Positions 1 to 20,399 of a DNA stretch of 64,000 nt are shown in pieces; within the stretch, counting starts at the first letter, position 1, and every line of letters starts with the position of its first letter. The notes below the pieces were generated by a model that worked only from the letters and a program-made list of their open reading frames with translations, searched no databases and was not told the DNA's origin. The DNA is from the human T2T-CHM13v2.0 reference genome, Homo sapiens. The DNA is taken from the NCBI RefSeq assembly GCF_009914755.1, contig NC_060929.1; one strand, 5' to 3'. The translations under genes and the position numbers were made by a program.

Positions 1-603
1 TCTAACTCCTAGATCTTTTCTTTCTTTCTTACAGCTGCTAAAGCATTTGCCAATAATATTTAAATGCCGTTCTTTTCATGTTCTTATTTTTTAAAAAGAT
101 CTTTAAGATACTCGCTGAGATTAGCAAAAGGGCTGATAGCCATTTTTAGATACTGGTGCCTAGGGAGAGGTGTCTTGAGGAGAGGAGAAAGTTTTTCCAT
201 CACTTCCCTTCCTTTTGCTCATTAATCACCTGGAACAGATAGTTCCTGAAGGTGTTATTGACAGTGCTTCTATAGCTGGGAGCCAAACAGCAACTTAGGG
301 GTCAGTTGCCACTCTTTGCCTGTTATCATTGAGAGAACTAATAAATGTAGAGCTCGCCCAAGATCCTTGATATATTTAGAACCTCAAAAATAGAAGACAT
401 ACTAGTCATTTTGTAGAAATAAATGCAAAAGGAAAATCTCGCAGTATGTATATGTTTATTATAAAAGTTGCCTGTGTTTGTGGTCACTTTTTAGAATAGA
501 GTTTTGATTTCTCGTTTTCCAAAATAAGGGTGACTTCATTAATAACACTACTGTTTGATAAAAAGTGTTTTTTAAAATTTTTGTTTTCTCTTTGTCTAAC
601 TAG

Positions 604-722
604 ATGTGATGCTGATCCTTCAGCCTTAGCCAACTATGTTGTAGCACTGGTCAAGAAGGACAAACCTGAGAAAGAATTAAAAGCCTTTTGTGCTGATCAA
701 CTTGATGTCTTTTTACAAAAAG
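604..722 (+). CDS. RBM27: RBM27 exon 2 (119 nt), PWI domain
   Basis: aactag|A TGT GAT ... CAA AAA G|gtaatt; encodes CDADPSALANYVVALVKKDKPEKELKAFCADQLDVFLQK. Confidence 0.95.
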
Positions 723-1189
723 GTAATTATTATGGGCCTTCAATCGAGTATTGAAGTAAAGATTTTAAGTTTAAAACTTCCTGAAAAGTCTTGGAGATAT
801 AAGCTTGATAGGAAAGAAAGTAGTCAGAGTCCTTTGAATACTTGAATATACCCATTCATACTTAATTATTTATCATGTTTTGTTAGAACTGGTTTTTTCC
901 CTTTCCTTCTTTGCTGCTTTCCTCTATTGAGGCAATGGCAGCTCTAATGCTTTTTAGATGATTAGGTCTTTTGCAGCTTTTGACAGAGCCTACTTGATGA
1001 TTGAGGGGTAACAGTTTAAGGATAATGAAGATGCTTATTCTTGGTGTTCATTAAGATGATGAGCTCATCAGTTTTTTTCCCCCCTTGGATGGGGCTTCTT
1101 AATATCCAAGAAGAGATGTGTATGATCCTCTTCTCTTTGTGCCTTTAACTTTTCATCTTCTTACCAAATCTGTTTCCATGGTCTACAGA

Positions 1190-1814
1190 GCTTCCTAAGG
1201 TTTCCCCTGTTGCCTCTCTGACCTTATCTCCTATCATTGCCCCTCACTTGTTCCACTCTAGCCACAACGACCACCTGTTTTTTGAATTATGGCAAACATG
1301 TTCCCAACTCAGGGCCTTTGAACTCATTTTACCCTTGCCTGAAACATGGATTCTTCTCTCGCTTCTTTCTGGTCTCTTCAAATGTCATCTTCTGAAAGCA
1401 GTTTCCCCTGAGTGCTCTACATACAGTGTAGTATACTCCATGCCTCCATCCACTCTCCTCCTTCCAACCCTGTTTTGTTTTATTTTTCTTTTTTATTTAT
1501 TTATTTTTATATCTATGTATTTTTATTTTTGTAGTGTTGGGGTCTCACTTTGTTGCCCAGGCTGATCCTTGAACTTCTTGCCTCAAGCAACTGCCCCACC
1601 TTGGCATCCCAAAGTGCTGGGATTACAAGGCATGAGCCCCTGTGCCTGACTCCTGTTTTGTTGTTTTCATGGCACTTGTCACCACCTGTCATAGGTTTAT
1701 TTGCCTGGTTATCTGTCTCTCTACCCTTTGTTTGCCTTTTGTTTGGTTGAGAGTGGAGACTTGGAACCTACAGTACTTGGTACATGGAAGATGTTCAGTA
1801 AATATTGTTAAATG
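1190..1814 (+). mobile_element. L2 3'-end fragments, interrupted by an Alu monomer and an Alu
   Basis: cctcagggcctttgaact-like segment and cagtacttggtacatggaagatgttcagtaaatattgtt...gttgaatggatgaat resemble the L2 3' end. Confidence 0.55.
1490..1649 (-). mobile_element. FLAM/AluJ monomer
   Basis: Left-monomer consensus. Confidence 0.8.
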
Positions 1815-2186
<372 letters not shown>

Positions 2187-2551
2187 CTATTGGTGATGAG
2201 AAGATATCATTTAAAATAAGTATTTACTGAGAAGGAGAAAAGTAAGTATGGCTTCTCAATCTAAAACATAGGATTACATATTTTTTCCTACATTTTACAG
2301 CTCTTTTTGTAGAAACAAAGCAATACTGACAGAATTTTTTCCCAGTACAACAGCTACTTAAAAAATTCCTCCCCAGTACAGATGTTTTCTTTTCTAAATG
2401 TGTTAATTTACATTACTTGATTTACATTAAAGATGAGTCTTGTGAAATGTAGAGCCATGACAAAAGAGAAAGCAAAACATATTTGGGGTAAAAGGCCAAA
2501 TGAATGTTTAGACGTCCAAGAATTCTTTGTTATAAAAAGTTAGAAAGGATT

Positions 2552-2777
2552 GGCCAGGCGCGGTGGCTCATGCCTGTAATCCCAGCACTTTGGGAGGCCG
2601 AGGCGGGTGGATCATGAGGTCAGGAGATTGAGACCATCCTGGCTAACAGGGTGAAAACCCAGTCTTTACTAAAAAAACACAAAAAAATTAGCCGGGCATG
2701 GTGGTGGGCGCCTGTAGTCCCAGCTACTCGGCAGGCCTGGACAACAGAGCAAGACTCCATCTCAAAAAAAAAAAAAA
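2552..2777 (+). mobile_element. AluY-like element with a right-arm internal deletion
   Basis: TSD aaaagttagaaaggatt; cagctactcgg joins almost directly to gcctggacaacagagc. Confidence 0.9.
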
Positions 2778-2935
2778 GTTAGAAAGGATTTTAGTAATTA
2801 AAAAAAAAATTACATAGGTAATATATATGAGAAGGAACTATACACTACATTTTTAAAAGGATAAGAAAATAAGTAACCATAAATTTGCCACCAGAGATAA
2901 AATCACTGTTATCAGCTTGTGTGTGTCTTTCTAGA

Positions 2936-3440
<505 letters not shown>

Positions 3441-4014
3441 GTAGACTTATGTCTGTGTTTATATTGCATCTTAAAATAGTATTAAGTGAACATACTCTTT
3501 TATAACATTTTAAAAATTTAATAGTGTACCTTGAATATTGTTTTTATTTTTATTTATTTTTAATTTTTCCCAAACTCTTTGGTTTCCCAGAGAATATTGT
3601 TTAATAGTAGATGTTTATCTTTGCTTTTTAAAAATTGAGCTATGTGTCTTTCAGATTACAAAAGAAAATAACATGTTATAAATTGTTTTAAATAATAATT
3701 ATAAGTGAAAGTATTCTGATTATAGAGGCTTTTGAAGGGTCTGATTATTGTCTTAAGTTTATATGTAATAGTCAATGAGAGCTAACAGTTTTATAATCGT
3801 GGAAAAATGCTTACTACACAAATTAGTAGTGTAAAGAAATTTATAAGAAGATGCTTTTCTGTAGAAAAGATAACATTTTAGAAATAGCTTTTATGTAAAA
3901 GATGTAATCATTGCAATGTAAGCAGAGTTTGTGTTGTGCTTTTAATATGCTCTTTAGCTGTTCCTTAGGGTAGGACCAATCAAAGTTATTTAGATTTGGT
4001 TTTAATAAGACATA

Positions 4015-4337
<323 letters not shown>

Positions 4338-5015
4338 TTAATACTTTTACTAAATTCATCTGGTTCTCCCATTCAGTTGTCTGAGGAAGTTTCAAACAGA
4401 GCACCCTTTAAGTAAAACACAAAAAGTTAGTTTCATGTCATTTTCATATCAGTAAATATTTAACTGATTAAAAAAAATTTTCGGTTAAGTTTTTTGAGTT
4501 GGCAGTGCCTTTAATCCAACAATATAAAGGTATACCATGAAAGTCTCTTACCTGTTTTATATCCACCGCGTTCCCACCTACAGTACACAATTTTGTCAGT
4601 TTTTATTTTTTTCAGTTTCTTTATGCAGATAGATAGAAACACATATAAATACATACTGTTATATCTTTGAGATCAGGTATTATCAGTATTCTTTCTTTTT
4701 ATAGCCGCTGTGTACTCTGTTGTATAGATGTCCCATAGTTTATTTAACTAGTCTCTTATTCATGGAAATTTGAGTTGTTTCCGATCGTTTGCTATTATAT
4801 CCTCCAACAAATAATCTTACATATATATCATTTTGCAAGTAGGTCAGAAGGATTTAAAAACCTGAAAGTGGGATTCTCTTCCATAAGGTAGGACTCATTT
4901 TTAGTCCTACTAGCAGTGTACAAGATGTCCTGTTTTCCTGAGCTTTGCTGACAATGTGTTGTCAAATTTTTGTTTTTTGTTTGCGCAATATGTAAATGTT
5001 ATTTCTTCTCCTTAG

Positions 5016-5140
5016 AAACTTCAGGTTTTGTGGACAAACTATTTGAAAGTCTCTATACTAAGAACTACCTTCCACTTTTGGAACCAGTAAAGCCTGAGCC
5101 AAAACCACTAGTCCAAGAAAAAGAAGAAATTAAAGAAGAG
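5016..5140 (+). CDS. RBM27: RBM27 exon 3 (125 nt), end of PWI domain
   Basis: ccttag|AA ACT TCA ... GAA GAG|gtaatg; ETSGFVDKLFESLYTKNYL...EEIKEE. Confidence 0.95.
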
Positions 5141-5706
5141 GTAATGCAAATTTTTTCTCCTGCTTTTGGGGGCTTCTTAGATCCTGTCACCAGTATCCTT
5201 AGTTGGAAGTTGAGCCTTTTAAAAGTAATTGTGTATTGATTCAAGTTTCCGGATTTTAGGCATGGTACAGATTCTTCATCAGGATTTCATAGTTGCTTGG
5301 ACTGAAGAGTTGAAAAGTTTCAGATAGCTTGTTTAGAGATCCAAGAAATATTTCAGAAATATTGAGGAAGTCAGAGAAATCTTATCTAGTGACTTTTAGA
5401 AAAAGAAAACTTGGTTAAATATAGAGAGATTGACTGAAAGTGAACTGTTAACAAATCCTCAAGAGAAATCATTAGGTAACACATTTTCATGTATATGGAG
5501 AAACCAGTTGCACTTTTTGATTATATAGAGTTTTAAAAAATAGTTAATGTAATTGTGAACATCACTGTCAACATTGGAAAGAGGATTTTAAAAATGTTTT
5601 TATAATATTGAAGTATGAAAACATGGTTATAGATGGTAACCTAATTGTTTGAGCCAAGAAGGAAATTTTACAGAGTTCTTTGTACTTCCTGTTATATACA
5701 GACAAT

Positions 5707-5910
5707 ATAGTATAGAAGAATGTGGATTCTGTAATCAGGTTGCATGAGTTAAAATAACAGCTCTACAAGTTAACTTCTCTGTCTCACTTTGATATCAGTA
5801 AAATGAGGATCAGAGTAGTACTTATTGAGGATTAAGTGAGATTATGTATGTATGTGTGTATATATATATATAGTTTCTAGTCCAGTGCCTGGCACATAAA
5901 TGTTGGTTAT
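5707..5910 (+). mobile_element. MIR
   Basis: aagttaacttctctgtctcactt...taaaatgaggat...gaggattaagtgag...cagtgcctggcacata. Confidence 0.65.
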
Positions 5911-6012
5911 CATGCAGAAATATTTCCCAGTATTTATTTTTATTACATTTATTCTGAAGGTAAAATGAATTTTTAATTTAGAAATAATTTTAAACAAATA
6001 AAAATTACAAGA

Positions 6013-6312
<300 letters not shown>

Positions 6313-6653
6313 TTACGAGAATAATACCCAAAACACCCATATGACGTCTATCTAGATAAACTTTTCTTTTCGATGGAGTTGGAGTCTCCTTATGTTGCCC
6401 AGGTTGGTCTCGAACTCCCACCTCTGCCTCCCAAAGCTCTGGGGTTATAGGTGGTCTAGATATACTTACTGAAAATTTGCCCCATCTGCTCTCTTTAAAT
6501 ATCCATATGATTTTTTTCTCAGTAATTTGAGTAGTGAGTCACATACTTCATGTCTTTTCACCCCTAAGTAAAGTACTTCAGTGTGTATTTCCTACATATA
6601 AGGAATATTCTCTTAGGTAACTATGATACTGTGATCAAGTTCAGTAAATTTAA

Positions 6654-7004
<351 letters not shown>

Positions 7005-7136
7005 TAAAAGAAAAAATGTGGCTATATTTATGAAGATCAACTGAGACTGCTGTCTGTTTTTTCTTTTTATATCATGCCCTGTAATTATCTCATCAAGTTC
7101 TTTCAAAATTGGAGAGGCTTGTTGAATGTGTCTTAA

Positions 7137-7782
<646 letters not shown>

Positions 7783-7989
7783 GGAAGAAAACTTTCTTGA
7801 GTACTTTCATAGACATTTTTCTTTGGTACTTTATAGTATATAATTTTTGGTCTATGGTATAGATTATGTTTTTTATAAGTTAAAATTTTTTGTAACGTGT
7901 TTTTTACAGTCATTGAATCTCAGTGGTTTAGATGTATCTGTTTGAGAGGCAGCTGATTTGAATATGAGAGAAAATTTGCATTATCTTGA

Positions 7990-8319
<330 letters not shown>

Positions 8320-9276
8320 TAAAAAAAAAACAAAACTGTTATACTATCTTGTTTGTATCTTTGTAGATACAATTTTGAGAATTGTGAAAAATGGATAATG
8401 CCAGTTTCTGTGTAGAGCTACCCCCAACTGACAGCTTTCCGGCGTTTCTCATTTTCTAAGTTTTAGAAAATTACATAACTTATCGTAATTACTGAAATAA
8501 ATTGTAGTTCATTTAGTAGTGCATAAACATAATTGTTTATAGTATTTCTGTTAGATAATAGAGTAGGAAAGGAGTCTGAGGTGGCACACATCTTTGGCTA
8601 ATTGTCTTTTTCTGGTCTGTGCTTAGTTGCTCTGAACAGGGTATAGAGAAGCAAATCTAGGGATTACCCATTTTAACTTTCTTCCTTGGTCTTCGGCTAC
8701 ATTGGGTTCCATTAGTGGTTTTCTAATTAGACTGTTGATCACCAGGGTAAGAGAATTTGGATCATTGGCACCAACTCATCCTGCTTCTGGAAAAACAACT
8801 TGGTAGACATGTGCCATGATTTATGAAGCACACTGCCTTCATTGCCTGTTTTCTTTACCTCATCTTTTTCCTTAAATTTTATTTTGTGAAGAAATTCAAT
8901 CATTTGTCCTGTAGAGTTTTTTACTGTCTGGATTTTGCTGTCTGCATCCCAGTGGAATAATACATCCTCTGTATTTCCTGTGAATTAGGATAGAGAATGT
9001 TTTTTAAATGTAGTCTAGTGAGTGTGTAGTGATTTTGCTGCCATATGGTTGCCATATTGTGGCTGCCGTTTTATGTTGCCTGAATTTTATTAAATTATTA
9101 TCTCCTAAGTCCATTCACTCACTTCCTGATTTGTGTATTTGTCAGTGAGCTTCTCCATTAGATAGGTATTTGTTTAACTCTTGCAAATAACTTTATTTCA
9201 CCTTTCTCTGGTAAAGACTATATATTCGGTTTGAGATAAACTTGTTCAAAGACAATAATAAAAATTACTGGTTCTC

Positions 9277-9385
9277 CAGGAGGCAGAGGTTGCTGTGAGC
9301 TGAGATAGCGCCACTGCACTCCAACGTGGGCGACAGAGTGAGACTCGGTCTCAAAAAAACAAAAGAATAAAATAAAAAAATAAAA
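9277..9385 (+). mobile_element. 5'-truncated Alu right arm
   Basis: TSD-like aaaaattactg on both sides. Confidence 0.8.
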
Positions 9386-9881
9386 ATTACTGTTCTCTTT
9401 GTATTTCTGGTCAATTTTGACGGTTAGGCTTTAAGAGAAAGCCTTAACATTTCCATTAGTTCCAATACCATTTTTCCATAGTTTACATGAATTACTTAGT
9501 TTTATAGCATTCATTGATTTAACCATTTTTTCCTAAAACGTTTCCTATGGAATAAATCTGAAGAGCTACTCAAATGAATTATGTATGTATATATATTTCA
9601 TAATGAGGAAAACATAACCGTTTTACTCTATGGTACTTAAGAGATTTGCTGTTTTAATTTGAAGAATGAATTGTTTATACTTTTCCTACACTACCATTCC
9701 CTACTTTAACATTAAAAAATTAACAAACTGCTTGTTGAAGTAATCTGAGCATCTTTTTTATTTCTGCTGTTGCCTGACTCTTTTGGCTATGAATTGACTT
9801 TATTTTTTCAGTGTATTTACTCGTGCCCTCTCTTGCGCCAGAAATATTATCAGGTAGATGGACATGTTTCATAATTTATAG

Positions 9882-10526
<645 letters not shown>

Positions 10527-10559
10527 CTGCTCTTACTTCTACTCAATATTTTCATATAG

Positions 10560-10651
10560 GTATTTCAGGAGCCAGCAGAGGAAGAACGAGATGGCAGAAA
10601 AAAGAAATATCCTAGTCCCCAGAAGACTCGTTCAGAATCTAGTGAACGAAG
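10560..10651 (+). CDS. RBM27: RBM27 exon 4 (92 nt)
   Basis: atatag|GTA TTT CAG ... CGA AG|gtttgt; VFQEPAEEERDGRKKKYPSPQKTRSESSER. Confidence 0.92.
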
Positions 10652-11330
10652 GTTTGTGTTTATCTTTAATTAGGAAGACATTGATAACTCACTTTTTAGT
10701 TGCCTTGCAAGGACATTAAAGGGATTTTTAATATATATACTTACTCCTCTCTCTGTAAACTCATTAAAGAAAGATGTTACCTTTCTTCCTTTCATTCTTT
10801 CTGTTTTTTGTCTTTTGTCTTACTTTCTGTTCCTTTTATAAACAGTCATTATTATGTGTTTTCCCCAAGAGCTCAGGGGTGGGAGCAGTCCCCTTAGAGA
10901 ATATTAATGAAATGTTCCATTTGGTTAGGGGTGCTTAGTATTAAAATCATCCAAGTCATTTTTTTATGACAAGTAGTACAACTTGTATATTGAATCATCA
11001 GCCTAACATCAAAAATTGGTCTTTGTTTAGGAACACTTTTTTTTGAGCCTTTTTTCTTTTCTATTTCAAATTTTCTGTTTTCCCCTGCCCACCCCTCCCC
11101 ATACTTTGGATTCACCTCTTTTTTTCATTTCTCCCCACCCAGTATAATTGCAGGAGGGATGTTTTTTCTCTGTATATATTTGATTAGAGGAATTATGTGG
11201 TAGATTTGCAACTTTCTAAAAAAGCATAGATATGCATTTGGATGACTCAAGAGTAGTATTTATACTATAGATTTGTTTGCAGACTTGGTTTCTATAGCCT
11301 GCATATGGCTTTTATATCTGTATATTATAG

Positions 11331-11524
11331 GACACGTGAGAAAAAAAGAGAAGACGGGAAATGGAGAGACTATGACCGGTACTATGAGCGGAATGAATTG
11401 TACCGTGAGAAGTATGACTGGAGAAGAGGCAGGAGTAAGAGTCGGAGTAAGAGTCGAGGCCTGAGTCGCAGTAGAAGCCGAAGTAGGGGGCGCAGCAAAG
11501 ACCGGGATCCAAATAGGAATGTTG
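11331..11524 (+). CDS. RBM27: RBM27 exon 5 (194 nt), RS-rich region
   Basis: ttatag|G ACA CGT ... AAT GTT G|gtgagt; includes RSKSRSKSRGLSRSRSRSRGRS. Confidence 0.94.
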
Positions 11525-12270
11525 GTGAGTAGATGAGTGTCCCCCTAAAAACTCTGTAGTTATTTATCTGTCTCTATCACAGGGGTGCAAGAAATTCTCT
11601 TAAAGTTGTACCTTTAATATGTCTGAGCAGTGTAAAAACTGGAATTGTCTCAAGAAGCTCAATATCCATTTTGTTAGAAAACAGGGCTCTATTCTGGGGA
11701 TGGAGTCAAGGGAGTTTGATTAAAAAGGAGCTATTCAAGTGTATCATTGTACATGTCTAGACTTAACTCATTTTGTATAATGGATACAAATATCCTTTAA
11801 TCAATAAAGCTATCACGTGAGGAAGAGGGTTGCCTGCTTTTCTTCTTTGTTTGGTTTTCTAAAAGTAATTGATTTGCTGTAAGGGTGCTTGAAGTTTATA
11901 AAATTAAATGGATAAAATAAGTAGATTATTGGGATCCCAACCACTCATCTTCTGAGATACAAGTTTGGAAGTCAGTTCTTAGATAACCTTCTTATTAAAT
12001 ATCTGTGGAGAAGCTGACTCTTTTTCAGTTAAGTGTAACTGATGTTGATACTATAAAAGATGATTTTGCACAAGTTCTTGCCCAAGATATGTCACTTGTT
12101 GATGTCCCTGCTTTTAGGATATATTAATAAAGAGAGGAGTATGAAATATGGATAGCTAGATAAGTTTAATTCAACATTCTCATGTTTTCTATGTGAGAAA
12201 ATAAATATAGTTTAAGAACATGAAATATCTGATCTCTTTGTTTTCTGTTTTTAATTTTGTCTCCAAGTAG

Positions 12271-13018
<748 letters not shown>

Positions 13019-13219
13019 TATAGTCCAAATTTTGTTAAAAGGGATGAATGGGGAGGAGAATCTCTGTTTGATTTAATGGTTTGGCTCTCATTAAGAGAAT
13101 ATTTAAATTTTACCCTTTTTTAGATTTTTTTTGTTTTTTTGTTTTCACTGTTATTTCAAACACTGTATGCCATAGTATACTGTAAAATTTCATAGACACT
13201 AGTAATTGTAATTTTTTAA

Positions 13220-13619
<400 letters not shown>

Positions 13620-13639
13620 TGAATCGGTATGTGTGTATT

Positions 13640-14620
<981 letters not shown>

Positions 14621-15063
14621 AAGTTTCAACTTCCAGATATAGCAATAATGGTTGCTTTAGAATAATGTAATGAGAATAGATTGAGAGTAAATAATCTAGG
14701 TCAATGCCCTTATTCTCCCCTACCCCACGCCTTTGCTAAATTGATATTTGTTTAAAATATCTGAGTTTTTATTATGAAAGCTTAATTGCAAATGGTTTAG
14801 TATAATGGTAGTTGGTAACCTGTTCTTGACTCTTTTATTTGCTTTCTCAACAAGTCATAGTATCATAGTGTAAAAAGTAGAGAGTACATCTGCCTCTACC
14901 TTGGGGATATGTGATGCTTAACAGAGTAACACTGAGACTTTGGATTCCTTGGAGAAAACCACTTTGTAAATGAGATTGGTGGGTTTTTCAGGGACATGTT
15001 TTGTTGTTTTCTGAACTCTAAGTAGATGATAATAAGATTCTTTTTTTATTCTTTATTCCACAG

Positions 15064-15357
15064 AAAGAGGATTTTGTGTACTTGGTGACCTTTGTCAGTT
15101 TGATCATGGAAATGATCCCCTAGTTGTTGATGAAGTTGCTCTGCCAAGTATGATTCCTTTCCCACCCCCTCCTCCTGGGCTTCCTCCTCCACCACCTCCT
15201 GGAATGTTAATGCCTCCAATGCCAGGTCCAGGCCCAGGCCCGGGCCCAGGTCCAGGCCCAGGCCCGGGCCCAGGTCCAGGTCCTGGCCATAGTATGAGAC
15301 TTCCTGTTCCCCAAGGACATGGTCAGCCTCCACCATCCGTTGTGCTTCCCATACCAA
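15064..15357 (+). CDS. RBM27: RBM27 exon 7 (294 nt), rest of CCCH finger, poly-Pro and (PG)11
   Basis: ccacag|AA AGA GGA TTT TGT ... ATA CCA A|gtaagt; completes C-x8-C-x5-C-x3-H (CRDYDERGFCVLGDLCQFDH). Confidence 0.95.
15222..15287 (+). repeat. Coding hexamer repeat (CCNGGY)11 encoding (PG)11, with a perfect 24-nt tandem unit
   Basis: ccaggtccaggcccaggcccgggc occurs twice (15222-15269), followed by a partial third copy. Confidence 0.95.
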
Positions 15358-15627
15358 GTAAGTATATATTTGTTGAATTTTTCTCTAGCGTTCTGTTTAG
15401 AAGAACCTCATCCCTTTTAGCTAACTTGACACTCGTTTAAAGTGTTTGAGAAATAGAGTAATAATATAATTTGGAATATATTCCCATAATTAAGATGCTA
15501 TTCTTTTCTTTTTTTCATCCGTTATTGCATGATGTTATTTGTATTACCACAGTGTAAATTTTGTGTGTAGTGGCCTAACCTATATTGACCTGCAGTCAAA
15601 TCTAGTTATCATCTTAAGAAAGCCAGT

Positions 15628-15783
15628 ATTTATTTATTTATCTATTTTTATTTAGTTTTTCTTTAGAGACAGGGTCTCATTATGTTGGCCAGGTTGGTCT
15701 TGAACTCCTGGCCTCAAGCAGTCCTCTCCTGCCTTGGCCTCCCAAAGTGCTAGGATTACAGGCATAAGCCACCATGCCTGGCC
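15628..15783 (-). mobile_element. FLAM monomer
   Basis: TSD gaaagccagt. Confidence 0.8.
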
Positions 15784-16257
15784 AGGAAAGCCAGTTTTTA
15801 AGATGTCAGAGAAAAAACATGTTAGGAGTTTTATGAAATTTTCCAGTCTTTAAGGAAAATCTCTTCAAGAATATTGAAATAATATTAAAAAAATTTTTTT
15901 TATTACAGACATTTTTAGAAGTAGAATAGTATGTGTGTTGCAGGTACCATCATCCAGCCTCAATGACGATCAATATTCAGCTGTTTTGTCTCATATTTTC
16001 CCTTCTCTCCCATACACTTTCTTTGGGTTGGTTGGTTTTTTGCTGGAGTAAATTCTAAATGTCATGTCACTTCACCAGTATGTACTTCAGTATGGATCTC
16101 CTTTCTGATAAGGACTTTTTGTTTTTGTTATTTAAAAAAAAAAAATCAATATGCCATTATCACATCCAGCAAAATTAGGAGTAAGAAATGTTTTAAAATG
16201 GTCATTTAAAAAGCATTATTAACAGTTGCCAATATAGTAGAAATAGAAGTAAGACTA

Positions 16258-16684
<427 letters not shown>

Positions 16685-16880
16685 GATGGCAAATTTTTAT
16701 TTTTAGAAATATTGCTGTTCAGTTTAAGCAGTAGTTTTAATGAATTTCTTTTTAACATTTTATTTTGAAATAATTACAGACTCAGTTATAGAATTATAAT
16801 TACGGAAATTGTGAAAATGGTTTCACATGATCCTGAGCTTCCCTGCAGTAATAAAGTATTCTGTAGAATATACATTTCAT

Positions 16881-17169
16881 GGCCCGGCACAGTGGTGCAC
16901 GCCTGTAATTCCAACACTTTGGGAGGCTGAGGCTGGCAGATCACTTGAGCTCATGAGTTTGAGACCAGCCTGGGCAACATGGCAAAACCCTGCCTTTACA
17001 AAAAATACAAAAATTAGCCAGGCATGTCGGGGGGTGCATGTAGTCCCTACTGCTTGGGAGCTTGGTGTGGGAGGATTGCTTGAACCCAGGAGGTCAAGGG
17101 TGCAGTGAGCTGTGATGGCCTCACTGCACTGCAGCCTGGGTGACAGAGCAAGACTTTGTCTCAAAAAAA
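16881..17169 (+). mobile_element. AluJ
   Basis: Alu consensus. Confidence 0.88.
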
Positions 17170-17279
17170 TTAAAGAATATGTTTTATTATTAAAGTTGGT
17201 AAATGTTTGGAGGGATTTAATGCATATGTTTGGCCTATAGAAACATGTTGTTGTTTTTTTTTAACTTAGCATTTGTGAT

Positions 17280-17596
17280 TTTTTTTTTCTTTTATTTTCT
17301 TTTTGAGACAAGATCTCATTCTGTGCCCTAGGCTGGAGTGCAGTGGGGAGATCTTGGCTCACGACTCACTGCAACCTCCGCCTCCCAGGCTTGAAGGGAT
17401 CCTCCCACCTCAGTCTCCTGAGTAGCTGGGACTACAGGCGTGTGCCACCATGCCTGGCTAAATTTTTTTGGACTTTTTTGTAGAGACAGGGTTCGCCATG
17501 TTGCCCAGGCTGGTCTTGAACTCCTGGGCTCAAGCAGTTTGCTTGCCTCAGTTCCCAAAGTTCAGGGATTACAGGCGTGAGCCACCGTGCCCAGCC
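17280..17596 (-). mobile_element. AluJ
   Basis: Alu consensus. Confidence 0.88.
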
Positions 17597-18233
17597 CATA
17601 TGTGAATATTTAATATAATCACATAAACAGTATAATTGTGAAGCTCAAGCTGAGATTTCATTTCCCAGATAAAGCAACATCGTTTTATATATGGAAATTC
17701 TAAAATAAAGAACGTTATCTCAGCGTGGGAACATATCTATTTAAAAGTTAAATTCAAGAATACCATTTCTCCCGACATTTTGCTATGAAAAGTTTGTAAC
17801 AAATAGGAAAGTTGAAGGACTTGTACTTGTATACTTACCATCTAGGTTCTACAATTAGCATTTTACTGTATTTATGTTAGCACATATCTTTCCGTTTCTC
17901 CATTTTTACTTTTGATGCTTTTCACAGTATGTTGCAGACATCGTACACTTAAGCATGCTTATCATTAACTTGAATTCTGTAGAACTTTACCATCACCCTA
18001 GAAAGTTTCCTGAAGCCTCTTCTCAGCCGTTCTCCACCTTCACCCATAGAGGCAACCAGTCCTGCCTTTTTTCACCTTAGATTAGTTTTGCCTCTTCTAG
18101 AACAAGTAATGTTCTTTTAATTGATTATACAACTCCCAGTGCTTAAGCTTGCATATATTAAATTCTTTAATTCTATTCAGAACCAAATTAGGTATTTTAA
18201 ATGTGAGTATCCAAGTTAGTACTAGTATGGTAT

Positions 18234-18844
<611 letters not shown>

Positions 18845-18904
18845 TGATACTTTTATTAGGAAATATTAATGCTGTACTTTTCACTTTTTGTTGTCTGTAT
18901 GTAG

Positions 18905-19039
18905 GACCACCTATAACACAATCAAGCTTGATAAACAGCCGTGACCAGCCTGGGACAAGTGCAGTGCCCAATCTTGCATCAGTGGGAACAAGACTACCTC
19001 CTCCTTTACCCCAGAACCTCCTTTACACAGTATCAGAAC
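18905..19039 (+). CDS. RBM27: RBM27 exon 8 (135 nt)
   Basis: atgtag|GA CCA CCT ... TCA GAA C|gtaagt; RPPITQSSLINSRDQPG...LYTVSE. Confidence 0.93.
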
Positions 19040-19292
19040 GTAAGTACATGTTGTTTGACTTAAAATTGACAGGGTATAGAAAAGCCAAGTTGTCTCATAT
19101 CAGTATAACCCTTTAAAAAATGGTAAATAGTTTCTGTTCTTATGGATTCTAAAAATTGTATTTGTGTTTACAATACAGTTTATCGTGTGTTTCTGCTATA
19201 TAGCCACATTTTAATTTTGTGTGATATGGGAGAGAAAGGCAAGGCTTTCTGTTTTGGAGAATTTTACTCTGCCATGGAGTAGCAACATTTAG

Positions 19293-19637
<345 letters not shown>

Positions 19638-19833
19638 TAAAAAAATTGTTTATCTGATTGATTTTCTAAAGCATAAGATGTATCTCCTAAGAAGTATACA
19701 AAAGAGCGGGTTAATTATGCCTAATAATTAACTTGCATACTGAAATAAAGATAGAGCATCATTTAAATTGTAATTTTCTGTATTTAGGCTGTTTGTGACA
19801 TTCACATTTGATTGTAATAATACATTTTTCTTG

Positions 19834-20182
<349 letters not shown>

Positions 20183-20399
20183 TTACTAAAGCTTTAAAAA
20201 ATTACTTCCTTCAAAAACATTTTTTAAAAAGGTAGTTGGTTGTTAAAAATGTCAAATTAGAAGATTTTTTTTTTTTTTTTACAAGGCCTGGTAACTTTAT
20301 GGATATGTTCCTCTTTTATGTAACTATGTATATCATAAAGTTTATTTTGCATCCTAAACATTTCTGTATCTCTTTGATGTCTTGGAGAGGCAATTCAGC

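Noticed and set aside
15046-15357. Antisense 103-aa ORF with LDLGPGLG repeats
   Set aside because: It is the reverse complement of exon 7's hexamer repeat, with no independent evidence.
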